Shown here: positions 53,526 to 58,757 of the stretch, in pieces
Position numbering within the stretch: the first letter of the stretch is position 1
How the letters are laid out: the number at the start of each line of letters is the position of its first letter
Source: a virus
Taxonomy: Duplodnaviria; Caudoviricetes
Length of the DNA stretch: 58,757 bases
Virus record (IMG/VR): IMGVR_UViG_3300046697_000245
Location: 1 to 58,757 of that record
Direction: 5' to 3' (one strand)
Position numbers and translations under genes: made by a program
The notes under the pieces: generated by a model
Told to the model about the DNA's origin: nothing
The model's input: only the letters and a program-made list of their open reading frames with translations
The model's database searches: none

Positions 53526-53687
53526 TTAGAAAGAGTTAACAGCCATGTGGTCTGTGCTCTTCTTTCTGATTTCAGTGAGTCGCCAGTACAGTCCACACGG
53601 GCTGGTTTCCGGGCCTTCGAGGGTAAAGATCAGAGGCGCGCTCCAGCCCGGCTTGTACACCTCAATGTTAAGTCTCCAACGCATCAT
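53526..53687 (-). CDS. Hypothetical protein (53 aa)
   Basis: SD AAGGAG; manual translation MMRWRLNIEVYKPGWSAP... Confidence 0.5.
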   Translation of the reverse strand: MMRWRLNIEVYKPGWSAPLIFTLEGPETSPCGLYWRLTEIRKKSTDHMAVNSF

Positions 53688-53704
53688 AACTCCTTGGTCG
53701 GTGG

Positions 53705-53953
53705 TCAGTTGTCAGTTGAAGTTTCATGACCTGGGCATCCGTGTTTGTAATCGAATCCCTCGCAAGGTTCGCCGAGCGGTAATTTCTCATGCCCTGCGGC
53801 CAATTCGTCCATTAGTGAATTCTTGAACTCAGCTACAGAAACATAGCGCGTTCCGTCGTTCTTCGTTATACTCTTCAGATTGCGGCGCGTTTCTGCTTCA
53901 GACCAATGCAGCATTCCGCGAACAGAAATACACATATGAGTGGTTGTGCTCAT
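53705..53953 (-). CDS. Conserved-type small phage protein
   Basis: HMC.SVRG.L...L.DEL..G...LP...C..FDY..GCPGH; ATGA coupling. Confidence 0.75.
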   Translation of the reverse strand: MSTTTHMCISVRGMLHWSEAETRRNLKSITKNDGTRYVSVAEFKNSLMDELAAGHEKLPLGEPCEGFDYKHGCPGHETSTDN

Positions 53954-55140
53954 CCGCGCACCTCCGGAAAGGCCTTGTGCTCCACGCCGTCAAGCAGCGA
54001 GCCCGCGGCCTTCTTGCCGACTTTGTCCATTGCTTCCGCTTTTCCATCCCACCATTCGCCCTGCTGGCCCCATACACCATCCGGCCGCAAGAAGATGCCA
54101 CCGCCCGTGTATTTATCCCTAACCGGCTCAGACTTCGTCGGGGCCCACTCGCCCCACTGTTTGAAGAAGAAGGCCGTGCCGGCCGCCGCGCACTGATCGC
54201 GCAGACTCCGCGCCCAGTCGGGGTGCATGGGACGCGCTCCGGGGCCGCTCTCGCCGCCAGCGATCACCCAGTCGAGACCACCAGGAGTTTCCCCATTGAA
54301 GTCATGCCAATCCCACCCTGCGTACTGACCGGCTTCTGGTAACCATCGGGCTGGCACATCGACCTTCCATAAATCCAACAACCCCAGCAACGGCTCGCAA
54401 CTCACATACCGCACCGCCGCCGGCGTCTGAAGCAGCAAAGGTACGCGCTCATCCGCAGCAGTCTGATTCTCAGCCGTCACGCCCAGCCAGATGTTGGGAA
54501 GGGGCCAAGGCCGCTCGGAGCTATGGCGCCATTTCTCAGGATCGAGTCCCCCATACCCGCGCAAGGCGTTCACGAAGATAATCTCTCCGAGGCGGTTCCG
54601 TGCGGTAAGAATGTACGCCAGCATCCGCTCTGGCCGCTTGGTCAGCACCTGGAAGATATGCTGCGGGCAAAGCGCCATCACCGCGAAGATACGGTCCAGC
54701 ATCTCATCCGTCACCCACTCGGCGAAGAGGTCCGACTGGTTCTCGACAAAGATTTTGCGCGGCTGTGCGGGATCACGGCCCACCACTTTTCCAGTTTCAG
54801 CGTCATAGAGCGGCCTACCTGGCTTCCACCCCAACGGCTGCAAAAGCACCTTCTCATCCACAAACGCCTCGACCAGATCGCGGCTACGCCGATCATAGGG
54901 CAGGCCGGTGCCGTTTCCCGGCAGGCAGCGGTGGTTATTGGTCTCCGCATAGCAGTGCTCGCAGCCAAGCCAGGGGACGTGTTCGCAGTGCTGGCCCACG
55001 TGGCCGGCCATCTTCTCCGCAATTGAAACCAGCGACGTATAACCTTTGGCGCGGGCGATCTCAGCCGCGTCCGCCTTCACCCTCACCCTGATCGGTGACC
55101 AGGTGCTATCCGTCCATTCAATGCCCGTCTTAGCTCCCAT
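53950..55140 (-). CDS. Phage Gp37/Gp68 family protein (DUF5131)
   Basis: TGIEWTD.TW.P, C......GCEHCYA, IFV...SDLF, FQVLTKRPER, NIWLGV..E.Q, SCEPLL, WVI.GGESG..ARPM.P.W.RSLRDQC, FFFKQWG. Confidence 0.93.
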   Translation of the reverse strand: MGAKTGIEWTDSTWSPIRVRVKADAAEIARAKGYTSLVSIAEKMAGHVGQHCEHVPWLGCEHCYAETNNHRCLPGNGTGLPYDRRSRDLVEAFVDEKVLLQPLGWKPGRPLYDAETGKVVGRDPAQPRKIFVENQSDLFAEWVTDEMLDRIFAVMALCPQHIFQVLTKRPERMLAYILTARNRLGEIIFVNALRGYGGLDPEKWRHSSERPWPLPNIWLGVTAENQTAADERVPLLLQTPAAVRYVSCEPLLGLLDLWKVDVPARWLPEAGQYAGWDWHDFNGETPGGLDWVIAGGESGPGARPMHPDWARSLRDQCAAAGTAFFFKQWGEWAPTKSEPVRDKYTGGGIFLRPDGVWGQQGEWWDGKAEAMDKVGKKAAGSLLDGVEHKAFPEVRG

Positions 55141-55192
55141 CAACTTCCCTCCAACGCCCGCCACAAGAATCCCCTGCGGCCCTCACCCCGGT

Positions 55193-55495
55193 TATTACCG
55201 GGTAAATACCTTATATAAATACCCGTAGTAGCAGTAGTTTCCTGTGGATAAGTGGAGATTCAAGCCAAACCGTTTATTGTGAGCAATTTTGACCACCCCC
55301 AGCCTGTGCATCCTTTTGTGGATAGTTTCTGCAAAATTGGAAAACTCCACCTTATCTCCCACGTTGCGGCCATCCTTTCCACACCTTCCACACCCCCCAC
55401 CTATTCCCCCTGTGCATCCTTCGGATAACTCAGTACAAATACACCTATCTCTTACATTATTATAGGTTTTCAATCCCCTGTTTTTCCACACCCTC
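55193..55495. other. oriC-like replication origin: AT-rich tract, DnaA-trios and DnaA boxes
   Basis: TTATATAAAT 55211-20; TAG-TAG-CAG-TAG 55226-37; TGTGGATAA 55243-51; TGTGGATAG 55317-25; CTTTCCACA-CCTTCCACA 55375-92; TTTTCCACA 55482-90. Confidence 0.75.
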
Positions 55496-55831
55496 CAAGG
55501 CCGACTGCTTTTTCTCAACCCTTATATTCCAGCCGGTTTTAGGGGTCTTCTTGATGGTCAATCCGCTTTGAGATTGCCACCGGGAGACCGTGTTGCGATG
55601 CACTCCCATCCTGCGCGCCGCCACACACTGGTTTCCATTGGCACGAATCAACTCCGCCGCTAGCCACTCCCTGCGCCACATTTCCATGGCGATTTTGTAG
55701 GGGACCTTCCACTCGGTCAGGCGCCACACCACACTGCACAGCTTCTCTGTAATCTCCTCAACCTCGCCCACCACATGCCTCCATGCAGTTATCAGCCTAT
55801 GCGGCCCTGGCCGCCATCCCGAGGCCCTCAC
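55460..55831 (-). CDS. Fis-like HTH protein (real start probably downstream, ~55765)
   Basis: Y..A...W.R.....L....GNQC.AARRMGVHRNT.SR. Confidence 0.8.
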   Translation of the reverse strand: MRASGWRPGPHRLITAWRHVVGEVEEITEKLCSVVWRLTEWKVPYKIAMEMWRREWLAAELIRANGNQCVAARRMGVHRNTVSRWQSQSGLTIKKTPKTGWNIRVEKKQSALEGVEKQGIENL

Positions 55832-55875
55832 AGCGACAATTACTCATCGCCGTGAGGGCTCAGCCTGCCCGCCGG

Positions 55876-56526
55876 CTACTCCTGCTCTTCTTCAGCCACA
55901 ATCACGTCTACAACCTCCGCGGCGGCCGGCAAAGACTCTATCTGCTCGCTATGTCTCGCGGCTAGACGTTGCTGAGCGAGCGCAATGTAGTTTTGGCCGG
56001 CTGGGAGCTCCAGCACGCTCATCGGCGCCTGTATCTTTTGGCCCACCTTCCACCCCGTCACTTTCGGACTGCGCGGCGCGCGCGTCCTGACAGGCTTGAC
56101 GGCCGCTTGCTGTGCGTGGAAGTCGCGCAGCCTGGACGGTGCGCTGGTCTTCATCTTGCTGGCCGTTTTCGCTGGAGTGCTGGCTGGCGATGCGGCCTTT
56201 CTCGCCTTCGCCCAGCGCTTCTTCTGCGCCGCGGCAATGCGCTTGCGGCCCTCCGGCGTAATCTGGCCTCTCTTCGCGGCGGCCGGCGCAACGGGTTTTT
56301 GCTGGGCCTTACCCGCCGGCTTCTTGCCGGACAGCTCTTTGCGCTGTTTAACTGCCGCCTGACGGCTGACCGTCGCCGCCGCCGCCGTCTGTTTCTCGCG
56401 GCTGGGGGGAGGCTCCTGCTCAGTTAACTCGTAGATCAGTTGCGCGGCGGCTTGCAGTTTTTGCCGGCGCTCATTCAGAGCGGCAATCTCCCTCTCCACT
56501 TTTCTGATGAGGCGATAGATGATCAT
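55876..56526 (-). CDS. Basic histone-like protein
   Basis: N-terminal coiled coil, Lys/Ala-rich linker, ITPEGRKRIAAAQKKRWAK motif. Confidence 0.75.
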   Translation of the reverse strand: MIIYRLIRKVEREIAALNERRQKLQAAAQLIYELTEQEPPPSREKQTAAAATVSRQAAVKQRKELSGKKPAGKAQQKPVAPAAAKRGQITPEGRKRIAAAQKKRWAKARKAASPASTPAKTASKMKTSAPSRLRDFHAQQAAVKPVRTRAPRSPKVTGWKVGQKIQAPMSVLELPAGQNYIALAQQRLAARHSEQIESLPAAAEVVDVIVAEEEQE

Positions 56527-56625
56527 TCCTTCTCCTTCTGTGTGTGGTTAGACTGTGAACAGCTTCCAGCTGTCAGCTCTCAGTTGACCGCTGCTTCCTG
56601 TTGATTACCGGTTTGCGATTGTGTT

Positions 56626-56970
56626 TCAGTTATAATTCCCCCTTGCCCGGTCCTCCTCGGCCAATGTATCCAGATCGGAGGCGGTTGGCAGACCGGCGAC
56701 CTCCACCTCTTGCGCCCGCCAGGCCCGGCCTTTCTTTGGCGGGTAGACCCTGAAGCGTAGTTGCGCGCCCCTGTGCCACAGGTGCGTGGGCACTTCAGTC
56801 ACCCGCACAAAGATATGTGGCTTCCCCGGGCCTATATAGATAAAGCCAAAGCCGCCATCTTTGATCGTGAGCAGCGTTCCGCTCATCCAGGCGCCCGCTT
56901 CAAAGGGAGGCTTCTTGCCTCCAGGCTCCAGCTTGCCCTCACCGCGCACACCATCGCTTTGCATTGTCAT
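56626..56970 (-). CDS. Cold-shock-like OB-fold protein
   Basis: G.L......GFGFI......IFV....V...F.......G..A..V. Confidence 0.7.
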   Translation of the reverse strand: MTMQSDGVRGEGKLEPGGKKPPFEAGAWMSGTLLTIKDGGFGFIYIGPGKPHIFVRVTEVPTHLWHRGAQLRFRVYPPKKGRAWRAQEVEVAGLPTASDLDTLAEEDRARGNYN

Positions 56971-56999
56971 TCTCCGTCCTTCGCTTATGTGGTCTGCGC

Positions 57000-58679
57000 T
57001 TACCGGTTTTGGCTTTGCGGCGCAGACGCGGCCGCCGCCGGCGTGTAAACCGCCGCCTCGCTGGTCAGCACCAGGGCGGCAATTGACACCGCCTTCTCCA
57101 GCGCCACCCGCACCACCTTCACCGGGTCCACAATGCCACTCTCCATCAGATCCTCGTAGTGGCCCGTCGCCGCGTTCAATCCGTAACTGTCGCCCGGGGT
57201 GCTGTATTCAAGGCTTTTTTTCACCTCATCCAGCGCCACGTCAGGGCTGATGCCGGCGTTGGATGCAATCTGCCGCAGCGGGGCTTCAAGCGCCTCAATC
57301 ACCACCTCAACGCCCATCCGCGCCGCCTGGCTCATCTTCCCCAATTCATATTCACGCGCCTTGATGGCCTGCGCCGCCTTCAGCAGCGTGATGCCGCCGC
57401 CCGGCACCACCCCCTCAGCCTTGGCCGCCTTGGCGCTGTTGACCGCATCCTGCACCCGCGCCTTCGTCTCATCCAGGGCTGTGCGCGTCAGGCCGCCCAC
57501 ATGCAAAATCACCACACCCTCGCTGAGCCGCGCAATCCGCTGCGAGAGCATCTCCTTCTCAAAGTCGTCATCGGTGGCCGCGCGCAGCGTGCGCAGCTCC
57601 TCGGCCCGCTGCCGCGCCGCCTCCACAATCTCATCCTTGCCTTTGGCGGCATGTTCCACGCCCACTTCAATCAGCTCTGTCCGGTCGGGATGCACCACCG
57701 CCAGCGCGCAACTTCCCAGCTCCTTCAGGCCAAAACGAGATAGAGCGTTGCCCATATCGGGCGAGTAGACCGTTGCCCCGGTCGCCTCGGCCAGATCCCG
57801 CAGGCACTCCTTGCGCCGCGCTCCCACCCCCGGCGCCGTCACCGCGCAGCTTTGCAGCGTGCCCCGCGCCACGTTATGCACCATCATCGTCAGCGCATCG
57901 CCAGCCACCTTCTCCGCCACCACCAGCAGCGGCCGCCCCGTCGGCGCCACACACTCCAGCAGCGGCAGCAGGTTCATCGGGCTGTTCGGCGTCCTCGGGT
58001 CCGCCTGCGCAACCTCCCGCTCGCTCAGCAGGATGTAAGGCCGCTCCAACACACAGTCAGCGCCCCGGTTCACAAAGGCCGGATGCACCCAGCCCGCATC
58101 CCACTGAAAGCCCTCGCGCAACTCTGAATGCGTCTCCCGCCCCAGCGCGTCATCGATGATGACCATGCCTTCCGGCCCCACCCGCTCCACCGCGTCGGCT
58201 ATATGGCGCGCAATCTCCGCATCGCCGTGCAGGCTCACCGTAGCTGTTTGGGCAATCAGTTCCGGAGTGGCCTCTATCCGAGCCTCGGCAATGCGCTCCT
58301 GTGCCCACCCGGCAGCAACTTTCAGCCCTTCGGCCAGCTCCAGGCGATCCACCCCGCTGGCCACCAGCTGCATTCCCTTGTGCAGCATCGCCGCGGTCAG
58401 CACCACCGCCGTCGTGGTGCCGTCGCCAACGGCTTCATCGGTGGATGCCGCCACCTGCCGCAGCAGGCGCGCCCCGGCCGCCTCCAGCGGCTCCTCAGGC
58501 TCAATCTCCTTCACCACCGATACCCCATCCAGCGTCGCCCGCGGCGCCCCAAACGCACTGCAAATCAGAACGGGCCGGCCCTTGGGCCCCAATGTCGTCC
58601 GCACCGCCTCCGCCACCGTCATCACACCGCGCATCACCGCCTCGCGCGCCTCATTGCCCTTCGCTATCTTGTTTGACAT
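57000..58679 (-). CDS. groEL: Chaperonin GroEL (divergent Cpn60)
   Basis: TLGPKGR, GDGTTTA, APG.G..RK..L.DLA..TG, GVVPGGG, P.RQIA.NAG, GI.DP.KV.R.AL..A.S.A; no GGM tail. Confidence 0.95.
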   Translation of the reverse strand: MSNKIAKGNEAREAVMRGVMTVAEAVRTTLGPKGRPVLICSAFGAPRATLDGVSVVKEIEPEEPLEAAGARLLRQVAASTDEAVGDGTTTAVVLTAAMLHKGMQLVASGVDRLELAEGLKVAAGWAQERIAEARIEATPELIAQTATVSLHGDAEIARHIADAVERVGPEGMVIIDDALGRETHSELREGFQWDAGWVHPAFVNRGADCVLERPYILLSEREVAQADPRTPNSPMNLLPLLECVAPTGRPLLVVAEKVAGDALTMMVHNVARGTLQSCAVTAPGVGARRKECLRDLAEATGATVYSPDMGNALSRFGLKELGSCALAVVHPDRTELIEVGVEHAAKGKDEIVEAARQRAEELRTLRAATDDDFEKEMLSQRIARLSEGVVILHVGGLTRTALDETKARVQDAVNSAKAAKAEGVVPGGGITLLKAAQAIKAREYELGKMSQAARMGVEVVIEALEAPLRQIASNAGISPDVALDEVKKSLEYSTPGDSYGLNAATGHYEDLMESGIVDPVKVVRVALEKAVSIAALVLTSEAAVYTPAAAASAPQSQNR

Positions 58680-58757
58680 GGTTCGCCTCGCTCCCTCTGT
58701 TCGGTTCGTTATCTGAAAGGGAATTATCCCTTTGACTCTCGTGAAAATTTATCGTTT

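Noticed and set aside
55195-55518. 107-aa minus-strand ORF
   Set aside because: Overlaps the Fis-like gene, has atypical composition, and coincides with the DnaA-box/trio array.
58680-58757. CIRCE element or terminal overlap with the window start
   Set aside because: No TTAGCACTC-N9-GAGTGCTAA, only a short AAAGGGA/TCCCTTT inverted repeat. No sequence is shared with the left end, so circularity is inferred rather than shown.
1-58757. tRNA/rRNA genes, IS elements and host housekeeping flanks
   Set aside because: None recognised by eye. A tRNAscan/ISEScan run would be needed to exclude them formally.

Overview
The whole window looks like one ~59-kb tailed-phage genome (short-tailed/podovirus-type gene set), with no host chromosomal flanks visible. 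groES lies at the left end and groEL at the right end on the same strand, and the recombinase gene is internal. This suggests a near-complete circular or permuted genome that broke at a 36-bp tandem repeat, but there is no terminal overlap to prove it. A long minus-strand late region runs: cold-shock protein, three fibre-like proteins, lysis genes, portal, scaffold, capsid, tail, ejection proteins including a ~3000-aa multi-domain protein, then terminase. A divergent accessory region (43-58.7 kb) holds a tyrosine recombinase, two methyltransferases, two HD hydrolases, DUF5131, Fis-like, histone-like and pseudo-receiver proteins, and GroEL. Several small proteins resemble ones I recall from Acidobacteriota, which is my inferred host. 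Main points of interest: (1) no recognisable replication or partition gene, but a chromosome-style oriC (AT-rich tract, DnaA-trios, DnaA boxes), a second DnaA-box cluster and two chromosomal-type parS sites; (2) a ~475-nt highly base-paired non-coding region with its own sigma70 promoter; (3) fibre proteins carrying Sec-type signal peptides and many Cys pairs; (4) a RelA/SpoT-like domain and a circularly permuted HAD domain in the giant protein, plus a separate alarmone-hydrolase-like gene. All family calls come from motif recognition by eye; no database search was run.
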